DNA of 64,000 bases from a virus. Lineage: Duplodnaviria > Caudoviricetes. The translations under genes were made by a program, and so were the position numbers. Below are positions 48,501 through 59,600 of the stretch, in pieces. The notes beneath the pieces were generated by a model that saw only the letters and a program-made list of their open reading frames with translations, was not told where the DNA came from and made no database searches. Position 1 is the stretch's first letter. Each line of letters starts with the position of its first letter. Where the stretch lies: the IMG/VR virus record IMGVR_UViG_3300031994_000067, positions 15,082-79,081 of that record. One strand, 5' to 3'.

Positions 48501-51500
48501 CATACCCACGACCATTGACCACGTTCGGGTTTATAGTCAAACTTTTGGTGATGCCGACATTAGCATCTGGAGATTGCGGAATTGCTATAACTCCAACCAT
48601 GCTCTTGTCGTAACATCTACGTTTCAATGTGTAGGCCTCTTTCAAATTTGTCCCGCTGGGTGTTGTGTTCACATAGGTTCGCTAATCCTATATCGCTCTT
48701 TTAAGAGCTGCTGTGAGTCCCCCCACAGACCAGACTATATCTTCACCTCTATGAGGTGTTCCCTGTTTCGCTCCGCTTGGAGCTACTCACTTTCGTGATA
48801 GTCGTTGAACCTTCCTTCTAATATAGAAGGCTTGGCTGCTGATTGTCTCTATTCTACCGATTGTTACACTTTGGTACGGTAGACCTAACGAGAGTTTCCA
48901 GCAATTAAGGGAATTTTTGTTATATGATTACTCATATAAAGAGCCTCAGTTAACCCTTGTCGGTCAAAAGATGACTTTTCTCAACCTCTACAATAGGACT
49001 GAGTTCAGAAACATCTTCAACAACTTGTGACTGCATTATATCTTTGATAATCGTTCCTTGTGGAATCGAAATCTTCGTCGGATTCTTATTTCCCGAGGTC
49101 ATTCTGTATTTACCGTATGCCTCAGAGATCGCTTTAAACGCATATGCATAAGCCATTTCATTACTACGGATTCTATAGTTTCTCATATCGAGTTCGCTGA
49201 TGTAACTATTATCAGCAAGCAATTTATTTCCTGCTAATAACAACCCCACAAAATCAGTAGGATAATTCAAATCCTCTAGTATCTGAAGAGTTACTGGGTC
49301 AATCATCCAATCATAAAAGTTATCAAGAGCGTTAGCTAACATCCTGGTACCAAACAGTACATCGAATAAGCTAACGTATACATCCTTCGCGTCCATCTCG
49401 GCATACTCAAATCCGCGAGTATCAACCATTCCAAATCCGTTCATCAATAACGAAACTTCTAACGGGAATTTGTCATATACAAGATAACCATCTGAGAATG
49501 GTATAACTCCCTTGTTGACAGCTTCCATTTCTCTAAGACGCGGTCTTGTATCTGAAAATTGGAATTTGACTTCAGCTTTACGTAATACAGTGGTTAAACC
49601 CTCGCAATAAGATAAAAGTAATACAAGTGGAATATCTTTCTTCATTATCTTACAGCGAGTGTACATGAACCGTCTTCCGGATTTAATATCTGCGAATTTC
49701 TGTATATCGATTGAATCTCCAAGATATTGGATAACGTGATCACAAATTCCCATTATTGGTGTAGAATCAACGTTTTCATCTTTGATTACTTCGGGGGTTT
49801 CGACGGATTCTTTGGAAGCAATAAATCGGGAGAGATTAGATCCAATTTCTCCAGATTTTTTTCGAATTGTATTAACGAATCTTTCAAACGGTGTATAAGT
49901 AAGAACTTTACCATCTTCGGAGAATATACACCCTTCAGACTTTTTGATTATCTCAATTTGAGTGAGTCGTTTATCACCATACAGTTTATCGATGAACTCC
50001 AAGTCTGCATCCGTAAAATATCCGTTTCGAATAATTAGTCGTCTTTCATCTTTTTTTCTAGACACGAGATTCATTCCATAAATTTGTCGATTACCTAGCA
50101 TTATCATATAGAAGAAATCACGCATTCTTTTAGTATATTTATCAGCCGCCTGTTCATATGTGAGAAAAGGACCTGAAGTATCGTTAAATATACCTCCATA
50201 GCTGAATATATAAACTCCGGACTTACGACGAACCATTGTTACAAAGTGTGAGACACATTGCATAGTTGCAGATGAACCGTTCTCTACATTAAAGAATCGA
50301 GCAAATCTGTAGATTCTAGCAGGGATGTTATTTCGTTTAAAGAAATAATATGCAAATATTGCTTGGTCAAAACAATTTCCGATTTTTTCTCGTAAAATAT
50401 CTTCTGGCCAATGAACTTCACCTAACCATTGTACTGGTCCATAATTGTTGCGTTCTTTGTATTCCGGCCACTTGATGTGATTAGCTTGAAACCAGGTGAC
50501 CAAATCTTCGAAAGTCTTAAATTGTTTGCAGAAATCATCAAGAGTTTTGTATTTCTTAGTATAAACAGAAATCTTGTAATCTTCTTGAACTGGTTCCAAT
50601 TCTCCTGATTTTATCAACTCCAGAGCTTCCTTCGCAACCTTCTTTTCTTTCGGAGTCTGGTATTGCTTAGACCAAGCAAGCAACTTGTAAAAAACTCCGG
50701 TAATCTTAGGAATTCTGATAAATCTAAAATCTCTAGAGAAGAAGTGAGTAGACCAAAGATTGTCTCCACCATCCGCATACAAGTAATCTTTCTGGACGAT
50801 GTCTTTATTCAGATACTTGTCGAGATGTTCGGTTTCGGAGTATTCTTGCACTGACCATTCTGTACTATCTGAGACTGGAGCGTCAAATCCTTTATTTGGA
50901 CTTGATAACAGTAATACTTTGTAGAATTCGGTAACTTGTCCAGCTGCATCATACCAACTTTTGTACGGTCCAGTGATAATTCCATGACCAGGTCCGATGT
51001 AAAGCCAAGCATAAACATATTTTCCACGTTTAAACAACGGGAATATATGACCAGCTGAGGTTCCGTTTTCGAGTCGTATGGTGAACAGCGCCATACGATG
51101 TTCAATATGCCGTTTCTTGAAAAAGAAGTGCATCATGACAGACTGGTCGAGACAATTCCCTTTACGTTCTTTAACCAGTGTGTCAGGCCATCTCATTTTA
51201 TCATTATTGGCTTTATCGTTCCAAACGACCTTGTTGGCTATAAACCAATTCATCGCATCTTCTGGGGTTTTACATTCGTCACAAAATTCCTTAAAGTTTT
51301 TAGCCTTAGAAGATTTGAATTGTTTAGCCGATTCTTCTATCACTTCCAACATTTCCTTGACTTTTGTAGGAGGCGGTTCCGTCAAGAAACAACACCAATG
51401 AAGTTTACCAGATTCATCAAGTTCCATTTCCTCGTAAAAGTTTTCGATACCTTTCTCTGTTTCTTTGATGATAGTTCGTTCATATGGTTCAAAATCGGTT

Positions 51501-54500
51501 CGTCTTTTCGGTATTGCACCAAACAACTTCGTATTGTAGAATAATTCGAAATGTAGATGCGGGTGTGATGAATTACCAGTGTGACCAAGTTTTCCAATAA
51601 CTTGACCACGCCTCACATTATCACCTATTTTCACACAAATGGAATTGTCTACCATATGCCCGTACATAGAATAGAACTTACCATTTTCGTGTTCTAAAAT
51701 GACAGCGTTTCCGAATGCCATTATGTTTTCTTTAAATCCTTTTGTTAAATCGAAATGTTCTTTGTGAACATCAAACGTGCCGTCTTTATTGATTATTGCA
51801 ACAACCGTTCCATCATTACACGAGAGAACATCATTTCCCAATGCGCCAAAAGTAAGTGAAGTGCCTTTGAATGCAATAAAGTCCACCGCGTCCAACTGAT
51901 CTTTTAATACCACAGCAATATCTCTAATAACCAATCCAATTGCTTCACAGACTTTCGGTATAGAGCGTACTAAACCAAAAAACGTATCTCCATATTCATC
52001 TTTCGACTTATTAATCGTCGACATTATAAATCCGGAGTATGCATTAATTGTGTTTACGATATGGCTGTTAAAACAGAGAAGTCTCTCACCGGGATTTAAC
52101 TCGAAATTATCCAAATCCAATGGAATAATGTTTTTCTTCCCATTACTGAAGAAACCTTCCTCAACTACCTCAGCCGATTCTTTAACATGTAGCGAATCCT
52201 CAGTGATAAAGAACGCAGTGTCGAATTTTCCGGTCTCGTTCATTTCCATCTTCGAGTCATACGCTGTTTCAAAACTCGACTTTTTAAATGCGTCTATTAT
52301 ACCACCTATTTTTGTACACTTAAAGGGGGCGAATCCAGTATGGTCTATACCCCATCCATAATCTTTCCAAGTAGTACCGCTTGTTTCAAAATGCAGATGA
52401 GGTATTGTACAATCGCCTGTATTCCCAATTCGTCCAATGATTTGACCTCGACGAACCTTGTCACCTTTCTTAACAGTAATCGAATTGTTTGCCAAATGAG
52501 CATAAAGTGTGACAGTCTTATTGTCATGCGCGATTATTACAGTATTTCCTTGAGGACCTACTGTATCGCGTAAACGATTAACGATGCTGGCTTTTCCGAT
52601 ACCATCTTGAACTTCAACGACGGTTCCATCGTCACACGATAACACTGGGAATCCATCCAAATCCGGTGTTAGAACCTGTTCTCTATTTACAGACACTATG
52701 TCCATAGCCGCTACAGATTTTCCATATGTCATGTATAAGTCAAAACCTTCCCATCCCATGTTTGTTAGAAAATCGTGTTTTTCACCGTACTTATAAGATT
52801 TATAAGCGGTTGAGATGGTTCTTCCTACTCCTTTAAGAGCGGTAATTGTAGCATGAGGATTAAAACAAAGAACACGTGTTCCAGGACTGTTATATTTGCT
52901 TAAATCAACTGGAATTATCTTATTACCAATAACCCGATCGTTGGACTCTTCAACGATTTCCATAGAATCCATGTGTTCAATAAACGAATCGATGTCTGTA
53001 GATTCGGTAAAAAAACTAAGCGCCTTGTCTTTCACTCGCCGTATACCGTAACGAATGATGACTCCGAGAATAGCGGTGCGAACTCTGAGATATTCGAAAT
53101 ATTTCTTCTGTTCAACAGGTTTTATTTTGCCCTCTTTGTACTCTTTAAACACAGCGTCTGCTTCGGGAAAATATTTCTCACTGAACTCATCTCTGTCTTT
53201 TACCGGCGTATTGTAAAACTTGTCCCAGATCTTCTGTTCATCTTCCGAATAGATGTAATAACCAGATTTAGTCTCGTATCCGACATTTTGCTTTCGCCCC
53301 CATAATTGAAGCAATTCATTCATATCATCAACATACTGGTCAACAGAATCAAATGGACCTTCGATAACGTTTCCGTTTTTCTGCCTGTAAGGTTGTGGAT
53401 CGAATTCATACCAACGTCCATCTTTCTCGAACAACGTTATGATATGACCGCAATAACTCTGTTCGGTTTTACCAGTCTTATCATCATGATCTATAAGAAT
53501 AACGTATGAAGAAACTTGCTTGTTAGGTATACCCTTTCTATTGCAGAAATAATGCATGAACAGAGCATGATCGTAACAGTTACCAATTTTATGCTTGATA
53601 ATATCGTTCGGCCACCTAAATGGGTGATCAGAACCGGTTTCACCAGGAGGCCAAATGACATGATTCTTTGAATACCATGTGGCAACTTCTTCTGGTGTTT
53701 GAATGTATTCACAAAACTCGTCGAAATCTTTGTATTTTTGAGTATATATTGAAGCCTCTTCAATGACTTCCATCGACTCTAAAGATATCCCCTGATGTGG
53801 GTCGATTCGCAGTTCTTCGAACTCCCATATAGGGTACCAATCACCTTTTTGTGCCAAAGAATCTTGGTCAACTTTATCAACCTTTTTCTTGTAAGGTCCA
53901 TCATAATCGGCTGTGAAGACAAAAGTAATTGCGCCAACGTACTTTAATCCAATAGGCCACAGTATGCGTTTATGCCACTCCGGAATTGTTTTCGGGTCAT
54001 ATTTGACGATATAATACTTGCCAGTGTAGTGAACGTTTTTAACTTTCGCCAATATCTCTTCGTTAACCTCACATTCAGCTTGCTCCGCCAACGATTTGTC
54101 AGGCTCGACCGAACCACCTGGAAGTTTGTACATTGAACCATAGTGTGAGATTTCTTTCTTCTTTTCGAAGAATACGCAACTTGTACCGTTTACTTCTCGT
54201 TTAACGATGGTTTCTACCCTGACTCTGTATTGCTGACCGTCAATAAGATATACTCCGTTTGCTATTCCGTCATTATCATAAATGAATTCCATATTCTTCT
54301 TAACGTCAGCATACGTGAGTTTCTTGTCGATATATTGATGAGATTCTTCCACAGCATTTTCGTTTACAGCTTCGATAGAGACTGGCTGGTATGATGCGAA
54401 GTTAGCTTCGAGATTATCAGTAGTGAATCCATTCTCTTTATCGTTAAGAGTCCGCATTCTCATACCTACCTGAGTATCATCAAAGCAGTATGACCCATCA

Positions 54501-55666
54501 CCTAAATCTTTGACAAAGATTCTTGTGGGGTAGCCAGGAACTGTATCACCGGGAAGTATTTCTGTCGTAACTGATTCGACAGTACCTTTTGGGTTTGTAG
54601 GTAGAAATTTCATAGGGTCATTTTCGTTCACCCGAATAAACTCATGAGAATCGTTTACATATTTCAACAAATCGTGTTGAAGTCTCTTGTCAGAAATACT
54701 CGCTTCTACTTCCATATTATCGTCCTGATCAAATATCCAATAATTCAATTCAGTTCTCTCACCAACAATTTTTTCCACCCTCGGTCTGAAAAACTCCATC
54801 TCCATACGTACAATTTCATCAGGTTTTGTGTCGAAATAGGATATGATTTCTCCGGAGGGGTGTTTATCTTGTTCAGTAACAAACCGAAATGCATAGTATT
54901 TATTGTTGTATTTCCAAAACGCAAATAAGTGTCCAAATGAGCTTTCGCCGTTTTTGTACAAAAATTTCATCCATGCGATTTCCCCGAAACATTTTTTCTT
55001 TAAATTTCGCGACCGCTTACAAATTTCATACACAGCTAAAGCTATATCAACACAATTAGCACGTTTGCTTTTCTCGATGTCTTCCAAAGATTGAATCGGA
55101 TTCGAATTGTTGTTTCCGTTTGAACTTTCTGTGGTTTTGATAACCTCATTTTTCATCCAATTCATGAAAGTCCATGGTGTTTTGAATTTTTCACGCAAAA
55201 AGAGCCTGACACCTTTCATGCATTGATCATACTCGTCTTTGCTCATCTCACCCATTTTCTTTCTGAATTCTATCTCAGATATTGGAAAAAAGACAGAGCC
55301 ACATGAAAAACTCGGTTTTGTAAACCCATAGCGGTTCCAGTTCTTGATAGTGTAGTTGTATTCGATTACTTGAGCACGTAGTTTGCTTTCCTTATCTTTT
55401 TCAACCGAACTACACATCAAAAATCTAAGATCGCCGTTTCCTAAATCGATTATGATTCCCCAACGAAACTTCATATCGTCCGCAAAATTAAAAAAAGGAA
55501 AGCCTGCGTGATAGACTTCCCCAACTTTCACAGACGAAAGATTCACCGATTCGGAAACAGCGTCGTTCGAATTTGCATATAATGCGTCGAGTTCCTCGTC
55601 GTCATATATCGGGTTTGACGCTTCCAGTAACGAAACCCATTCTTCATCGTAATTATCCAGACTCAT
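45504..55666 (-). CDS. rpoB: Cargo polyprotein fused to the RNAP beta C-terminal half (probably virion RNAP). Five exons: 48953..55666, 47437..48660, 47164..47189, 46853..46868, 45504..45719; about 2730 aa
   Basis: Spliced product reads DKG/PSGTN (fork loop 2), SPDANVG, AVKQSKH, KVVKN, DVG/DKL..TAM/KYVNG/ELI and ARMTPS. Upstream ~1950 aa hold MazF-like, four Cys-His papain-like, Nudix and two M23 domains. RBS GAGGTG and AACA-N6-TA (55689-55700) precede ATG 55666. Confidence 0.85.
45720..46852 (-). mobile_element. Group I intron D with an HNH endonuclease; 5' splice site appears non-canonical
   Basis: TAATTGCGGGAAC, AATCCGCAGCGAA, TTCAACGACTAG and GATATAGTC; 3' end gaagattactG with P9.0 UC:GA and AG:CU. 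5' boundary inferred from protein conservation. Confidence 0.8.
45873..46640 (-). CDS. Intron-encoded HNH homing endonuclease (NUMOD4-like + HNH + HTH)
   Basis: [29 protein letters not shown]. Start uncertain; the in-frame extension to 46727 overlaps the intron core. Confidence 0.88.
   Translation of the reverse strand: [255 protein letters not shown]
46869..47163 (-). mobile_element. Group I intron C (ORF-less, 295 nt)
   Basis: Core motifs present. P1 AGCCAU:GUGGCU with a U.G pair; ends gaagatatttG with P9.0 UC:GA and AA:UU. Confidence 0.85.
47190..47436 (-). mobile_element. Group I intron B (ORF-less, 247 nt)
   Basis: Core motifs present. P1 GGU:GCC; P10 UUUAUU:GAUAAA; td-like P9 CTGCATGGTGACATGCAG. 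Splicing restores the conserved GDK. Confidence 0.9.
48661..48952 (-). mobile_element. Group I intron A (ORF-less, 292 nt), apparently ending in A instead of G
   Basis: Starts TAACTGAGGC, like T4 td. P1 AAGGGU:GCUCUU; core motifs present; 3' end tgaacacaacA precedes CCCAGC. Confidence 0.82.
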
Positions 55667-56189
55667 CTCTTTCACCTCTTTCTTCAAGTAATTTGATGTT
55701 CCATTTATCATCGAATATCGATTCTGCATTCTCAGATTCCCTAACTTCAATAATCATGTCGCCGTTTTGCATGACAAGATTCCGTTGCAATGAGTTGGAA
55801 TAATTATCATCTGAAGTTCCTTCCCAAGGCAATGCAATGTAGCAATTCGAATCGTCTTCAAATATCAAATCGACGTGAGTAATATCACACCATTTCAGCA
55901 AATGATCAAAGGGTTTCATTGGTTCATTTATATCCAACCAACGCTCTATGACATTTGCCGATTTCTTAAGTATGCAGAACATCCCTTTTTTCGCTTTGAA
56001 CTTTTCGTAAAACGTTTTGTGAGGTTCGTAATACGAGTAATTGCGTACGATTTCAAACAAATCAAAATCATGGAGGTCATCGGATGTAAATCGAAGTGTT
56101 GAGCATCCTTCAGTAACGAAATCGATAAACTTAATACGCGCTTTCTTCATCATTATCAAACTCCTTTCGAGAAGATAATATATATCCAC
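55653..56189 (-). CDS. Early-type hypothetical protein
   Basis: AAAGGAG RBS before the internal MMKKARI start; TATATATTAT at 56175-56184. Confidence 0.65.
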   Translation of the reverse strand: MDIYYLLERSLIMMKKARIKFIDFVTEGCSTLRFTSDDLHDFDLFEIVRNYSYYEPHKTFYEKFKAKKGMFCILKKSANVIERWLDINEPMKPFDHLLKWCDITHVDLIFEDDSNCYIALPWEGTSDDNYSNSLQRNLVMQNGDMIIEVRESENAESIFDDKWNIKLLEERGERDESG

Positions 56190-56347
56190 GATTTACTTTA
56201 GAATACCTTTGATTATCGTTCTGTCTCATACGTAACTTCCCTGTTAAAAAAGGACTTCTTTCAATTAAGATCGCTAACGCAATTAGGTAATCTTAAACAA
56301 ATTAAGACCTTTATAAAAAAATGCTACCCCTACATAAAAAGTAAACA

Positions 56348-56555
56348 GGGACATTGGGGAGGGCGGTCGGGAGAGATGTGACACTAGAGAGAAGAAGAGA
56401 GGAAGGGAGAAGAGAAATAGAAAAGGAATAAATAAATGAAACAAAGGTAATTGATTAGATAAAAAAGATTTTGATAATGTAATTAAAAGAAAGCGAAGAA
56501 AAAAGAGAGAAGCGAAGAGGAATGGAGGGGATGGGGGGTTATAGGGGGGAAGGGG
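56348..56555 (+). other. Strand-biased purine-rich tract bounded by two G-quadruplex-type motifs
   Basis: GGG-ACATT-GGGG-A-GGG-CGGTC-GGG (56348-56371) and GGGG-AT-GGGGGG-TTATA-GGGGGG-AA-GGGG (56527-56555). Confidence 0.7.
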
Positions 56556-56681
56556 ATCTGTACTACGAAACCTCTGAAAAACGTCAAAAAAGTTGAAAAC
56601 AGAGACAAAAATCGTCTCTGTATAAACACGCTTTTTACACCATTCACAGAACTATAACTACGCAAAGAAAGGAGAAACAAA

Positions 56682-59600
56682 ATGATTACGATAGATAAAC
56701 TGAAAGACTTCAAATTGTATAAAGAACGATTTATTGTTCCAGTAGACAAAGAAGATATTCATAAATCAAGTTGTGTCATTCTGTTTACAAGACACCAAGA
56801 CTCAATCTTATCAGTTTTAAACAATTCATTCATGGATGATAAAAATCTCTTCAAATATGTGTACAGAGAAAGAGATATAACCTTAAGACTTAAGACTGAT
56901 AAAATCGTTGAAAAAGGAACACGAATGCGTAATGAATACTACGAAATGTGTAGAGAAAAACTCAAACTCTCCGGTATTATTGCTACATCAAATCTTGGTG
57001 AAAAGAATTTCTACTTCGATACATACAGAGAACATGAACTCTTCTTAGACAATACCAAGAAGTTAAATAAATTAACGAAAACTTCAGAATATCTTACAAT
57101 ACTTAATGCAAATTTCTTTGATATACCGATGATCAAGGAATATAAAGTCAAGACGGTATTGATTCAATTAGAAGACTGGATTGATAATATTTCTGAAGAT
57201 AATCCGGCAAGTTTGTTACATTATGCAAGCTGGAAACTCTTCGATAAATTCAAAGATCTCGGGGATATAGATTTTGTATTTATCACCAAAGAATCAGTGT
57301 TTAAGATGAACCCATCAAGGTGTACGAACACTTCCCATGTCGAATTCTTGAAAGCACTGAAAACGTTAAACAAGACTATCGTATTACCAGATAACGAAGA
57401 TGGCAATGTTACTGATATGATTAACTCAGAGATTGCTATGGATGACGATGATGATTCAATTGATGATGAATTAGCTGAAAAAATTCAAAAGCAGGAAGAA
57501 CAGGGCAAGACATCTGATGAAATTGCTGAAGACATAATTAATGACCCTGAAGAAGCTAAGAAAATTGCGGATAAGGTTCTTGAACCCATCATTATCAAGA
57601 AAGATGCAATTTCTAAACGCGACATGGAACTCAGAGAAAAACAAAAAAGTCTTAAGATGAATGGGATTACTATGAGTGAGTTGCATGATAAAAAGGTCGA
57701 TTATGCTGAAATTCCGGTAAATGATGTATCTGGTTCTGTCAATACTTTGAATAAGAATATCACAAGAGTTCAATTCGTCAATTTTCCTGAAACGTACAAT
57801 GAGCATTACTATCAGAAAGACATTATGTCTATAGCTGATGCGATGAAAGATAAATCGATTCCTGTATTTGTACGAGATATGAAAAAGGAAGATACTTCGG
57901 ATTCTCTTAACCAAAAAGAAACTTACACTTTCTATCTTGAAGATTCTAACCGCGGAAGACATACATTGAAATTTGATATGCCTAAATTCATCGAAGGAAA
58001 GTATATGTATCTCAACGGTCATAAAAAGCAATTCAATAATCAAAGAATTGCAAAACCGCTGATTAAAACCGGTCCTGATACAGTGCAGGTGGTTACCAAT
58101 TACAATAAGATTTTCATGACTCGTCATGGTGAAAAAGTTGAAGCATTATATGAGAAGTTTAAAGAGTTGGTTATTAGTGACCCTAAACACTTCTCATATA
58201 AACGTGGTGATTGTTCCAGATTGAATACCGAATATAAAACGACGATCGAATACGATACCTTGGCTAAACAATTTGCGGAGATCACTGTTAAACCTCCTAA
58301 GGGAGATAAACTTCACCTTATATTTAGCCAACCAAGGTTAAAGGAAATCTGTTGTACAAAACTCGGAGCTGAAGGACTTTGGAAAAAAGTTCAAGATGAA
58401 GGTACTCAGATGGTTGCTGGGTATTATGAAGGATTGAAGAAAAGTTCTTTATATATCTTGGATTTGAACGCATCCGAAATAACTCCATCTGTTACAACCG
58501 AATCTGTTGGTGATGCATTTCCGAGCATGGACTACATTGAAAATTCGAATAATGCAATTATGGATTCATTAAACAGAACGCAATACAATATTGATATTGC
58601 TGAATCAAATATTGAGAAAGTAATTGAATATTGTCGATTAGAACCTTCAGAGATTTACTTTGATATTCAAACAGAAGATGCTGTGCATGAAGGAATTCTT
58701 TCATCAGTATGGAAAGGAATAAAATCTCTGGTCAAAAATCTTCTAAAGTTAGTTCTCAAAATTTGGAATGGAGTAATGTCGATATTTAAGTTCATCTTCA
58801 AGAAAATATCAAATTTCTTCAGCGGTAGTTCTTCAGGTGTTTCTAGCACCAGTTTTGTTCCTCAAGAAGTTTCGTTTATCTCTTTAGAATCGGCTAAGGT
58901 GGAAACGGTCGAGGTTAGTTCTCAGAAAGAACTTCAGGAAATAATTGTAGAACATATTGAATCTATCAGCCGCGAAATAAGAGAACGGAGTCGAATTCAA
59001 ATAGAAGCTACCAAAGAAATGGAAGAATTAGTATCTAACGAGAAAGCTGTTCAGGAAAGAGTCGTAATAGGTGGAGAGTTAGATTTACGAGATGAATCTG
59101 GACCTGGTAGTGGCGACGACTACCTGTTTTCATTTCCCAGCAGGGATATGGTTTCATCTAAACAACTCGTGACTCCAAGCAGATTTGATAAAAAGTCGTT
59201 CGATCTTATAAGCAAAGCTAATGATATGGCAAAAGCATATAATGATTGGATAGATTTGGATATTGAAAGAATAATGCGAACTGACTATAAGCCTCAACCA
59301 TCTGGTGCTACTAATCCGGATGAATCTGGCAACGAATTCTTTGTACAGATTGCGGTTGCAGGTTTATTACAAGAAGGATGGAAAGAAAAAGAAATTTCTG
59401 ATTATATTAAAGGCAAATTCTATCGTGTACCTGATAACCCGGAAGATATAAAACGACTTGTAAACATCAGACTGAACTACAATAAAAGAATTTGTAGCAT
59501 TTTGGAAAACATGCTCCGAATAAATTACTCAATGCTTGGTGTAACAGTTGAAACTTCCAATCAGATTATTGAGCGTTTACGCGAAGGAGATACTGAAGCC

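Noticed and set aside
48953-55666. Inteins as the explanation for the extra length of the beta ORF
   Set aside because: No Cys/Ser-start block, His-Asn terminus or LAGLIDADG motif was found; the extra regions are recognisable enzyme domains.
49780-58520. Site-specific invertible segment (shufflon-like) that would rejoin the two beta halves
   Set aside because: The junction regions share only GAATC(C/T)GT(C/T)G, which simply encodes ESV. No long inverted repeats and no recombinase gene were seen in the window.
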